From assembly GCA_965202585.1 (NCBI GenBank), contig OZ241831.1, positions 25,978,001 to 26,042,000 of the forward strand: DNA of 64,000 bases. Reading direction: 5' to 3'. Shown here one piece after another: positions 14,001 through 26,113 of this stretch. The stretch comes from Thalia democratica (Eukaryota). Both the position numbers and the translations under genes were made by a program. The notes under the pieces are model-generated. The model searched no databases. It worked only from the letters and a program-made list of their open reading frames with translations, and was not told the origin of the DNA. Each line of letters begins with the position of its first letter. The stretch's first letter is position 1.

Positions 14001-17000
14001 TATTTTTCTTTATTATTATGGATTTAGGTAACGTATACTTAACAGAATACTAATATTAATAACAACCTATGTTTAACTTAATTTTTATCAACATCATCTT
14101 AATAGTAAGTCAAATTATAAAATTAATTTTATTTTTATTTCTATGTCTATTCTTATTTTAATTATTCACTTTGTACTTTTGTTTTTCAGCTTTTGTTTGT
14201 GTCTGATGAACTGCTCTGCAGGGAAACGGCGTAACGCAATAAAAGTTAAACAACAAATTAGTGTAATGATTAACATTTGTGATTTTGACTTCAAGTAAAA
14301 ATACACTTTAAAAAAAAAAAAAAGACATTTTGTGTTTAGTTTTCAAATAGAGACGGCTACTTTATAAAGTAAAAATTTATTTTATAAAATCTATTGAACT
14401 ATAGAACCTTAACAGTCTACATTACAGCATGCAGGAAACATATTTATTCTTATATTAATTTTTTCTATCACTGCATGGTTAGCATTTTGATTATTCTACT
14501 TCGTTAATAGAATAAAGTTTACAATAACAACAAAAGATACCTAGAAAAACTGTTGAGAGTTTTGTTAAACAGAGTAATTTAAACAACTAATAGAAATCTA
14601 AGTATGTTTTATTACAATTTAAACAATTTTTTGTTAGTATGTGTAAAACTATTAACATATTTGAATCGTTATCATAATAAATAGATATCAAAAGGTTTGC
14701 TAAAAAACTAACAATAATCTAATCAAAAATTTTTTTGTATGATAAAATTAAGAGTTTTAAAATTATCTATATCAACTTTTTAAATTGTTTTAACTACTTT
14801 AATGTACACCAAAAAATTTAGATTGTAAACAAACATATAAACAGTAGTTTTATTAACTAAATATTGAGAAAACACTGTAAAAAAGTTTTACAAATATTTG
14901 TTAATTTATTAGAAAACTAGTTAAATTTTAAAGTTAAGTGAGACTTAAATTTGCTACAACCGATGAAACACGTAGTACGTAGTACTTTCTTAAGTATTCA
15001 ATTAAGATACTACGAGCTAAAATGTATTTATAAATTGTATACACTTTCTTTCCGTACTGTTAAGTGTTACGTAACAGAAACTAGTTCACTTAAATTATTT
15101 TTCTTTAGCAAACACTTTTTTTAGCTGCAATGTGCCTCCTTTAGATAATAAGGAAGTATTTCCAAGCTTAACGGAGGAGGATATTCTTAATTACACAACG
15201 CCTTATGTTAATGGAATGTATGACGGATGTTTTAGGTTAGTTAGATTTTTTAATACTTAGAATTTGAAATGTTATTATAAAAAAAATTCCGTGTGTGTTT
15301 TGTTTTTTATTACGAACGTAATATAAAGATGTAAGTTAGAGCTTTATGTTTGAAGATTTGTTAACTAGTCTTACCTACAAAAAAACTGTATTTAATCTTT
15401 TCAAAATATTTTTTTAGATAAACTAAGTCGTAAAAGAGTAAATAAAATTTTAGGTAGACATACAGATTAAAATCCTAAAACAACTGTATAACAACAAATA
15501 AGGTATATTTTCTGACGTTAAAACTAGTAAAAAATCTGTTTTCAGTTTTATTTAGTGTCTACTAATAAAAACACTAGGTAGGTATTTTTCAACTAGGCAA
15601 GACTGAGCTATAGACGATTGTAAGCAACTTGGCATAGTTTAGTTTTTTTAAGTCTTGCGGTTATACATGCAATGGTTTCTTATAGTTATTTCGATATGCG
15701 ACTCGTCTAAATAAGTTTTTATTGTTGAAATAAAATGTTTTAGAACCGCTAGATTTAAAGAAACTTTATTTTCAACAAATTTTTTATAGAAATATTTACA
15801 CCTGGCTGTGAAATTGCAGCTAAATTGCAATTATGCTATCTAGATTCCGACAAAGAACTATATTGGTTAATAAACTAAACAGTCCATTTTGAACTTAATT
15901 AACGTTAAATATTTTTGTTCTTGATTCAAATTATTTGAAAAATCAGCTTTACTTTAATAATGTTTTAAACACTAATATAACTTTTTTTTATCGGAATAAA
16001 CAATTTATGTTTATCTAATTTTTGATAGAAATAAGAATGCAAAAAACACTAAGAATATTTTCTTTTTTATAGAAAAAGTTATAGTTTTTGTTATTTTCGT
16101 ACAGTATTTTATGACTTTTAGAATTAACATGATTTAGCTAAAATGTTTAAAATTATTTTATTTCAATTTTTAACTTAATGGTAAGTGTACTGTCAAATAA
16201 AGAATTTAAAGACCTAACTTTACCTTCGATTAAAAATTAAACAATAATGAAAGTTAATGTAATTAAAAACAAAGTAATATTTTTCTTTATGTAAGATAAG
16301 AAAAAACCGAAGCTAAAATTTTAACAAAAACTAGTAATACGTTTTGCTAAAAAAAATGAATTCTACTATGAGGTTTACGTGTAAGCTATGGATCTACATT
16401 TTAGCTTAGATCAGGGGCCGTCAAAGTTCAATCTTAACTAAAATACTTTGAAAATAATAAAAAACTTTTATCTTTTAAGCGATATGTCTATGACAAAAAA
16501 TCATAAATATTTTGAATTAAGCTAGATTCAATTTCTATGAATCAATTTATTTGGGTATTGTTATGACATATTTCCAAAAATTTAATAAAATCCCTATCGT
16601 TAATATAGCTAGAAATAAAAATTAAGTTTGACAATTTTCTTAAAAACTTATCTAAAAAATAGATATGGGTACAATGTTTCTGCTTGCACAAATCTAAACT
16701 GCGTTAACATGAGTGCTAAAACCATTCCTTGCGACAAAGGGTATCATTTTTATTTCGAAACATTTCAATCTACAACTATTTCTGAAGTAAGTAAAATATT
16801 TTTAAGTATTGTATATTTTAGAGCTATTATAAATCAAATTTTTGCTCATAATCAATTTTAATTAGGTTGCATTCTTCATTTGTAAATTTATTACTAATGG
16901 TAAGATTAAACAAAGTAATTTTGTTTAGTTAAGTACACAATGTATCAACTTAGCACGCAATAAACTGGCTACTAGCCGTTGATTATTGCCCTTAAAAAGG

Positions 17001-20000
17001 TAAACTTTTGATCCTTACATGAAATTAACTTAACTTTTGTTTAAAAATGAAAACTAAGCAGATACATATGAAAAGATCATCCTTGCGAAGATTTAAGTTG
17101 TAAAAAAGTATCCTTTATGAAACTCTGATATCTATAAATAAAAACATGCTTGTATAAAAAAATATTTGGTAATCAAACTTTTTATAACCATGAGAAATAT
17201 TGTAAACCGACTTATACATACTTTGTAATGATCATTAACAAAAACTTTCTTAATAAAACAAAAAGAAAAATCAATAAAGATAATGCATAGTTTTCGTAAC
17301 AAACTGCTTATGTTAAAAACACTTGATAAAAACTTTTCAAAATGTAACAAATAATTTAACTCTGTTCTATTTTTAATCTCCAGTAGTTAAAACAACTTAA
17401 TTTTGGCTTTATATCTTTAGTAGTTAAGCCATTTTTATAGTTTAAAAATTGTAATTTTTTAAAACTATAGTGGAACTTAGTCTGTGACAAGAGCATATGG
17501 AGCACTGTTGCAACATCAATTTACTATGCTGGAATTGCATTTGGTGCCATTGTTTGCGGATTTTTAGCTGACAGGTTTAGTTTTTCATATAAAAATTTAA
17601 ACTTAAGTTGTAAAGATTTAATATATCTAAAACAATACATCTGTATTTTTGTTTACTGTTTTTAAAGCAAACCTGCGTTTTTATACTAAAATTCAGAAGC
17701 AGTTTTCTAACAACAAAATCAATTTATTACCTTTTAAATCAATCTTAGCGTACATATGAAGTCTTTTATAAAATCAACCCAATTATCCATTATAACTAAC
17801 TTTTAACAAAAACTGGTTTACGTAATTAGTATGTAGACAACTTGGATTTTTTATCTCTTAGATATGTCATAAAAAGTTATTATTTTCTGGAAATCGAAAC
17901 AAGAAAAACCCGTAAAAAACTAAAAAAAGCTTTTGTACGCAACTACTTTATCAAAATGACAGTATTTCGCTACTAATAAGCATGAACAGTCCTAAAGAGT
18001 CATTTTAGATCACCGTATACATCAAAAAGAAGTATCTAAAATAGTATACAGTTTATATATGTTTATAATATGTAAATAACTAATATAAAACAAACACTGA
18101 TTTTACATACGCTTCAGACTTGATGCTTATGCAAATAATTATACTAACATGTATAAACATACATTTATAATAACAATCGAGATATACTTTATTTTAAACA
18201 CTTATAATATTAATTTATATCTAGTAAGTTCTACTCACAAAATTACAAAGTTGTTCCTAAATTCAAATCTAAATTAATAATGATTAAATTTATTTTTTTT
18301 TTTAGTTTTATAATTATTCATTTTAAATTATATGTTTTAACAACACAACTTGTACATATTTGGAGGTTGTTCATGCCAAAAACTAAATATCTAAACAAGT
18401 TATCATGTAGTTGATCCTTGTTGTCAAACAATCAAAAAATTTCAAAAATTTATGACTCAAAATTTATTACTAATTTAAATAGCAAATAAGATTTTTTTTT
18501 GATATAGTTTTTTTTGAGATAAGATTAATATGTATTTTTTGCATTACAAATCAAAACTAAAATACTCAATAAAGCATCAGAAAAACATCAAAAATTACAA
18601 AACAATATTAACATTTAAAGCTTTTTTGATTGCTATTTAATGTTGAGCTAGGTTTTTGTTTGTTTCCAAATTGTTAAGGATTCAATATTTAAATACTTCT
18701 GTTTATGCAGTTTGTATCTGATTGTAGTGTTAAAAGGGCTTTTCTTAAACATAGTTAGCACGTTTTAGTTTCCATTTTTTTAAACTGTCTTTTTAATATT
18801 TTCCAAGTTAAAATTAAGCTTTTGTTCAATATGTTTGAGTATATGTTCATAGGAGATATGTCTAATACAAAAACACATACACACTGTAAAAAACTATTGC
18901 ATTTTTTTTTCAATGTACGTTAATATTTACAGACTCTGTAAAGCTGTTCATATTTTATGGGCAGCGAAACGCCGTCAATCTTATAAAGTGTTTGTGTATA
19001 ACAACAGTTATTTTGTACTTAAATATATTAGTTCTTCCTTATACAATTAAACACAGTCTTTGAAAACGAGCAAAGTTTTCATGTTTTTTTCAGAAGTCAT
19101 TATATGATTCGTTTGTTTTTAATTTATATTGCTTTATTTTTACAGCTTTTTAAGTTTTAGATATCTGCTTTGCATCGAAACTAGTTAACTAATAAAGCTT
19201 ATAACAGAACAATTGTTTACCTTTTCCTTCGTTACCGAGTTGATATTTTTGATATTTCTGTTTTAGCTAAAGTATGTAAAAGATTTTTAACACATAAACT
19301 TACTAATGTGAGCATAAGTATTTTTTCAATAGTTGAGTGTTGCTTTATATTTACTATAAGTCTGTCGTTAAGTTTATTTATGTAACTGATTAAGATACAA
19401 TACTATCATCATTACTCAAGCTATAAGAAGTCTTAATGTTTTAGTGCAAATTGAAGATTGTTTCTTTTAGTCCTTAGTAGACAAAAATTAACTTTTGAAT
19501 ACAAAAATATGTTATTAAACTTTTGTATCTTGTTTAAAGCAAACTTTTAAAAAGCATTTAAAGCATAACTTTTACTACAATCTAATATGTATTCAAAACT
19601 TTGCATCACAACGGACTATAATTGAATGTTATTTTTGTTTAGTTCATATGTAAGCACTTAAAAATTTAAATAAAAAACCAAGGAGCTTTGTTTTAAAATA
19701 GTTTAAAGGCTTCAAAATTCTATAAATTAGGTACGGTCGACGTTGGACTCTGTTGCTAACAGCCATCGGTGGAACAGTTTGCGGAGTTGCCGTGTCATTT
19801 AGTCCTTGGTTTGAGCTTTTTGTTTTTCTTAGATTTTTAACCGCTGCATTTACTCATGGTGGATATATTGTGCTCTTTGTTTATGGTTAGAATATTGGTA
19901 TAAGTTCCTTTTTGTTTTATTTGTAAATTTTAAATAGCGCTCATTTTTGACAAATATAACAACTTATAAGTTATTTTAATTTATCTCGTATTTATTGTAG

Positions 20001-23000
20001 CTTTTTCAAATGATGGAGTTACATGTCAAACTTAAAACTATATTTAAAAACTAAACTGCTAAAACTTGAGCATATAACATTTTTGTTGTGTTAACTTTTT
20101 CAAGTGAGTATTTATAGAAAGACTAAACAGTTGTTGAAATAAGTGGATCAAAAAGCAGTGTGACGGGAATCCATTCACACTCGGCTGCTTCTGTTGGTTA
20201 CGCGCTCACCTCATTGTTTTCATACTACCTACGAAGTTGGAGAGTTTTTTACTTTGCAATATCTGTGACCCCGCTTCCATATCTCATTTTTCACTTTTTT
20301 GTTAGTAGTTTTAATGTTGTTTAAATTTTTGCTTTAAAGCTTTAAAGAACTTTTTCAAAGAGTAGTATTTAAAAACCCAAACCACTTATCCAGATTATTT
20401 GGTTGTGTATGACAAATGTTTTTCGAAGAAAAACTCCTAAGCACTTAAAAACATATTGATTTTTGTTTATATTAACATAACATTTGTGCTATGATCAGTT
20501 CTTTATTTTTGTTTGCTTAAAACTTAGACATTAAACAGCAGATAAAGGTTGTATAGCAAATAAATTTTGATAAATGTATCATGTACTTAATATACGTTGC
20601 TCTGCTTTATTTATAAAGTATTGAGCAAAATTTCAACTAAACAACATATCATTTTTATTTTATCATAAATACTTCGAATAACAAGATTAAATCAATTATA
20701 ATTTTCTATATCTTTAATAAGTTTAACTTTTAAGAAATATATTGTAATCTGTAAATCTTTAGACTAAATTGTAGATTGGAAAACAGTTTTTAAAGTAAAA
20801 TAGTATAACCTTCCGTTTGTAAAATGCTTTCGTTTAATAAAAAACTGCAAATTTTGCAGTTATAGTAATTGAGTTCTTTGATTATTTTGAAAAAAAATCT
20901 TTTGGTAATAAAATATTAATTAAGCAAATTTTGTTTGGCTAATACAACGATTCATCGTGACTATGTCTCCTAATGAGGACAAAACTTGGTCTCAGAATGT
21001 CATTTAGATTGTTGTTGATGTTCTTGTTCTTATTTAATGATAAAAAAAAAGAAACGACAAAATATCAATAATCGCAAAGTGTACCAAAATAAAACTATTC
21101 TTATATTTCTAGATTCCAGAATCACCAAGATGGTGTTTTTCAAAAGGTTATGACGAGCAAGGAAAAATAATATCAGAAAAATTTGCAAGAAAAAATAGAA
21201 AAGTCCTTACAAGCAAAGACTGGGAAAACTCTACAATTGAAAAAGTTTTACATAAATAAAACTAGATCAAGCATTAAGAAAAAAAAAAAGTTAAAGAAGA
21301 ATTTTCTAATTTAAAAACATTTTTTCTCAACTTGGTATTAAAAGTTTTGAACAGAGCATTTTTAATCTTTTTTTTTAAGTAAAAAAAGAAACTTACTATC
21401 GTATAAGTTTTAAACGATGTATGATGCTGTTTTGTAAAAAATTATAAAGTTTTAATTGTTTTGTTTATGTACCTGTACCTGTGAGGAAACATATAGTCTT
21501 ACTTATTGTATAAACTGTATATATGTTTCGATCAGTAACAGTATGTTTCATCAACCAAAAAAAAGTTTTTAAATTTTTCAAAAATTTTCTAAGTACTCAA
21601 ATTCTTTAAAACTTATATACGTTTCTCTGTTTCAGATTAATAACAAAACTCCACAGATTTTTCAAAGTGCAGTTGTAGAACTTTTCAACTACATCTAAAA
21701 CTTCAGTTAAACTGATTGTGAAAAAATTAGTACTTTGCTTTGGCATAATTTACTTACTTTTAATTTAGAGTAAACATAAATTGTTTGAGATTGAATAAAA
21801 ACATACTACCATATCATGGGTAGGTGTCAGAAATGCGAGAGCGTCAGTTTTTCAAGGAGCGTCCCTTTTGCACGAACCGACACTTTTCACTTTAGTGTAA
21901 CCAAAAAAGTGCTAATTCAAACGGATAACCAATTGTTTTTTAGGAAAATAAATGTTTTTAAGATAAAAGTTTCAAAGTATTAATTTCTCAATAAGAACAG
22001 TAAAAGCTCGCACAATCGTGACACTGTGCACTTTTGACCCGTGTCCATACAACACATAGTTAAACAGCCGATTAGTCATTTTCAGATGTGACTTACAGTT
22101 AGAAAGTGGTTTTATATGCTATTCTATTTTTACAGGAAGTTATTGACAGAAAATACAACTCATTAGATTTATTTAAATCGACAAATATGAAGTGGATTAT
22201 TCTAAAAATGATGTTTTGCTGGTATGTTGTATTTTATGGTTGTACGACCAAGTAGTATTTTTTCAACAAATAAAGAATTTAACTAAATCTAAAGTCTAGT
22301 TTGTCCTGGACAAGACGTAAAAAGGTATCTATGGTGTGCGACTCGATAACCGAAAGGTCCATCGTTCACCATGTTCTACGAACAAATATTTTGAGAGTCT
22401 TTTTTTTTCGTTCAATAAATAGTTAAAGACTTTAAAAAAAAAAAAATGGGTCAAGAAAAAAAACAATAACTACGACAAAAAAACTTTAAAGTCTTTTTAG
22501 CTAAAAAAGATTATATTTTTCCAATTTAAATGGTTCATAAAAGTTTGTATACAATTGCATGTACTTAATTTTTATAGTTTTTTTTTTTCTTAAGTAAAAT
22601 AAAAAATTAAGCAATGTTAATTTGCTTTTTTCACTTCGCTTGTTTTAAAATTAATGTTTATTTGCTTAATAAAAAACAACAAATTTTTATTAAATAAGTT
22701 ATAAACTTTTTTTATTATATTTAAAAAGAAAACAAATAGTTATGACATATTTCATGGTTTTTATTCTAAAAGCTACTGTATAAATTATAGTTGAGAAACT
22801 TAATTTTTCGTACATGAGTAATAAAGCTACAGTACTAATATAAAAAGCTGTTTAAAATAAGATTTCTTTTCATTACGTTGAAAAAAATATTTTCAAAAAT
22901 TTAGTTTTTATCTTGATTATTTTACTAGTTTTTATGCTTACTCTTTTGCTTAATTTACGTTGTTAAAGGTTTTTGTTGCTTAAAATGTTGCAATATATGA

Positions 23001-25648
23001 TTTTTTTTCTTTTTGCTATTTTTTTCGACTTAACTTGTTCTTCCAATAATTTAGGTTTTCAACGGCTCTTATATACTACGGTTTTTCATTGAATGCAGGA
23101 AACTTGTCAGGGAACATATTCGTAAATAATGCGTTGAACGGATGCGTTGAAATTGCTGCTTATGTTTTTGTGCAGTTCACTATTAACAGGTTCAAGTCAA
23201 ATAATATTTCAAAAAAATGTTACTTATACTTTAGCTACATATAAGTTATTCTCGTTACTATCAAATTTGTCTCTTATTTTATGTTTAATTGTTACTTCAA
23301 TTATTAAATGTAAATAAAGGCTAGGTAGGAGAGCACTTTTATCATCAATGTTCTTTTTACAAACTGTTTCATGTGTTTCAAGTATTTTGTTGTCGGAATT
23401 GAGTAACGGAAATGAAGGTAAGCACAACTTAAAAAGTGTGTATTAATAAATCAAGTACAAAAGTTTAATTGAATTTTAGCAATTTTGAATGCTTCGAAAG
23501 CTTTTGCAATTATTGGTAAGGCTGCGGTATCAGCTTGTTTTGGAATAGTTTACAATTACACAGCAGAGCTTTTTCCAACTGTAGTAAGGTTTGCTGTTTT
23601 CATAATTTACAATTTTTTTATTCGTTTAAAACAACTAGGGAAATTAGATTTGCGTAAAAGTTTATGTTTATCTCAGACTAGCATAATATTTGTTCTAATC
23701 ATTTAACTACTACACTTAAAATAAAAGTTCAAAGAATGACTTTTGTAAGCTAAAAGAGTTACAAAAATCATCAACAACTTTTCCTTAAAACTTTTTTTCA
23801 GGGCAAACGCAGTCGGTCTTTGTTCACTTACATCACGCATTGGTAATATTTCAGCACCTTATTTACTTTACATACAAGACTACGTTACATGGTTACCATT
23901 TACTATATTTAGTTTGATCGCTTTGGTTGCTGGCTTTTTTAGTTTAATGCTTCCCGAAACAACAGGCAATAATATAATGCGGACCTTAGAAGAAGCAGAA
24001 ACATTTTATACAGAAAGTAAAAAGTAAGTTGAATTTACTCACCAAAAAAAAGTTAGCCTAAGTTAACTAGTTTGAAGCCAAAATTAGTTTACTCGTCAGT
24101 CTTCCAAAATTATAAAGAAAGGTATTTTAAAAACTTTAACAACTTCAAAAATACTTAATTTTTTCTACATTTAGTTTATTTGTAGTTAGAGATAAGTTTT
24201 CTTTTATACTAAATCTAAAGCTATATATTTTATTTTTGTTTTTTACTTCTAAACAATTTTGGCTACTTTTTATCCTGTTGTAAAATCTCATGAAATTTTG
24301 AATGATCGAATAATTTCACAGCTCATTACAAAAATTACATATGTAAAGGATATGATTAAATTTTATTTGAAGCATTTTTCAGAAAGTTTTTGGCTTTTTC
24401 AAAGTTTTAAAATAAGAAAAGAAATTATCTTTAGATAGTATAAAATCTGAGTTACTTAATAGTTAATTTTAAATAAAAGCAGAAATAGTTGTAAAAAAAC
24501 TGTACAGTGTAATATGGAGTAAAAGGGTTTATATATATATATATATATATACAATAAAATAAAAGAAAGGCAGCAACCCTCTCTCCACAATCAAAACATG
24601 TATTTAAAAGAATAAAAACCATTAATCGATAATAAAAAATTACAATAAAATAAAACCAAAAACAAGATCAACCAAAACAAAAAATAAGTTGAATTGTACA
24701 TAAGTAAGTTGTTTTTAAGATAAGCTAACTGAAATTATTCAATTTCATTTGAAACGTCACGATGTGTTTTTTGTGTGATTCTTTGAAAATTTTGCTATGT
24801 ACTTTATTTCGTTCTGAAGATATATGTTAAACATTGAAACTGAGTAAACGATATAAAAACAAGTTTTTTTTTATATAATAAAGATATATATATATAAAAT
24901 AATGTGATTATATAAAATAATTAACCTTCCACAGAACCCACTCGAAGGGCTATTAATAGTTTATTGCGAAAATACGAATTTAAAATACACAAAGTTTAAA
25001 TCAAAATGTAATAGTGATTTATTTGGAGTTTTGTGAATTTTAGTTGTTAATTTAAATGGAGACTAGTTTTTGACTTGAAAATTTGTACTCTACAAAATTT
25101 CATAATTACGTCACACTGTTTTTTTGTATAGCTTTTGTATAAATGTTTATCAAAATGCAATTCATTTCGAATCTAAAGCTGATGATCAAAAAAAAATTTA
25201 TTATTTTTACGAAATATATGTTTTGTTATTTTTAATTCCAATTTTCGTAATAAACTACATATGTATATATATACATATTAAGAAAATTCAAGTAAAACTT
25301 AAAAGAATACTTTATGTTTATTAAATTATTCATTATTGTTTAATCTTATAAACAAGTTTTGTTTTTAAATTATAGTTTATTTTAAACTATTGTTCAGTAA
25401 ACTTTACTTATTTATAAACGATATCTTTTTTTGTCTAGTTAAAAACTATAAGTATTTCAAAAACTGTTGTAATTTTTAAACAAAGATCTTTATTTTTGGC
25501 AACTAATACACTTGTTTTATTAAAGTTTTTGGTACATTTTTCTTAAAAATAATAATTTAGGAATACCAAAAGATCGTTGATAAAAGTTGCAGAGTCTAAA
25601 ACATATGAAAATAAAGTTTGCATCGATGAAACTACGACAAAGTTTTAA
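11035..25648 (+). CDS. SLC22-family (MFS) organic cation/carnitine transporter, Orct-like, 13 coding exons
   Basis: Exons 11035-11180, 15125-15235, 16663-16786, 17471-17574, 19731-19885, 20131-20300, 21113-21244, 22136-22221, 23055-23189, 23320-23417, 23480-23588, 23802-24023 and 25561-25648. Motifs STTISEWNLVCD, ADRYGRR, IPESPRW, RLGRR, YTAELFPTVVR and LPET; C-terminus ...DETTTKF*. If exon 12 reads through unspliced it stops at 24027. Confidence 0.9.
12348..12909. mobile_element. Mutator-like MITE, family A (GGGGACGGGTAAA / GGGTAGGTGTC ends)
   Basis: Imperfect TIRs ggtcaaatatgcacaaagggacacttttgcac / gtgcaaaagtgtcccttcgtgcatatttgacacc. 9-bp TSD ctaaaaaat/ctaaaaact. Internal GGGTAAGGGTTAGGGGTAA repeats. 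Confidence 0.75.
13395..14247 (+). mobile_element. Penelope-like retroelement 3' remnant (GIY-YIG pseudogene, T-rich 3' UTR, hammerhead) in SLC22 intron 1
   Basis: An unlisted frame reads VIYKAVVSSEKNKDMSYIGSPQRPFKNRLYEHR...LANYI*KLYEKDKKYTIKWN...MCSLRNLERL.../LNNRNELVTQCPH, a GIY-YIG domain with a stop codon and a frameshift. Confidence 0.85.
14188..14247 (+). ncRNA. Minimal type I hammerhead ribozyme, canonical C3-G8 core
   Basis: ctttt-g-t-ttgtgt CTGATGA(14203) a-ctgc-tct-gcag-g GAAAC(14223) ggc GTA^acgcaa-t-aaaag. Helix I is 6 bp plus an extension; helix II ctgc/gcag sits on an A.G mismatch. Confidence 0.8.
18926..18987 (+). ncRNA. Decayed hammerhead motif in SLC22 intron 4
   Basis: agact CTGTAAA gctgttcat-atttt-atgggcagc GAAAC gcc GTC^aatct. 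Helix II is 9 bp; the core has two substitutions relative to CUGANGA. Confidence 0.6.
21818..22046. mobile_element. Degenerate Mutator-like MITE, family A
   Basis: Starts gggtaggtgtc and ends tgtgcacttttgacccgtgtcc; no clear TSD. Confidence 0.6.
22306..22405. repeat. Dispersed SINE-like fragment (family also at about 32262-32345, 32470-32545, 49695-49800 and 59665-59765)
   Basis: Shared motifs tgtcct(g/a)gacaagac..ggtatc..ctcgataa(c/g)c..caccaggtcct.ggacc..ttttgagcgcttt, found in both orientations. The SINE class is an inference. Confidence 0.4.
24530..24551. repeat. (TA)n microsatellite
   Basis: About 11 perfect TA units. Confidence 0.9.
24803..24857 (+). ncRNA. Minimal type I hammerhead ribozyme, canonical core, in SLC22 intron 12
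   Basis: tttatttcgtt CTGAAGA(24814) tatatgttaaacatt GAAAC(24836) tga GTA^aacgatataaa. Helix I pairs at 10 of 11 positions; helix II is atgt/acat with an imperfect base. Confidence 0.8.
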
Positions 25649-26050
25649 AGCGTGTATTGACACAACACGTTATTGTACATTACACAACAATTATCTATTT
25701 TATTTAAAAACTTGCTAAGTTTAAGCAACTGCAGTCTATTGCTTTATTGCCAAAGTCATAAGAAAGAATAAAAATTGCTTCAAAAATCTTAAAGTTTAAG
25801 CAGAGCTTTAAATGACATCTTATTTAAACCTTTGTTAGTGGTACTAATAATATTTTTTAAATATTTTTTTTCTTCATGCTTAAAGTTTAGAATTATATTT
25901 TAATTAAGTAAAATTATTTTTTAACTTAAAGTTTTGTTTATTACTATATATCAAGCATTTGTACTTTCAAACTTATTCATATCTTTATAGTGTTTTTTTT
26001 TGTTATTTTGAAGTAATAATACCTTATTTTTTTTAGATATGTTTAGATGC

Positions 26051-26113
26051 TATTTTATTAGTATTTGACAAGGTCAAAAAAATTTCCATTGAAACCAGGT
26101 AATAAATAAAATA
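26051..26113 (+). ncRNA. Hammerhead motif (U3-A8 core) downstream of SLC22
   Basis: tattttatt-ag-tat TTGACAA(26065) ... GAAAC(26091) cag GTA^ata-aataaaata. Same core and helix III as the motif at 1952; helix II is degenerate. Confidence 0.5.

Noticed and set aside
15059-15093. ttaagtg...GAAAC-TA-GTT-cacttaa, hammerhead-like
   Set aside because: The 7-bp outer stem is present, but ttacgtaaca replaces the catalytic core.
24062-24105. Minus-strand CTGACGA...CAAAC-TA-GTT
   Set aside because: G12 is missing, and neither helix I nor helix II forms.
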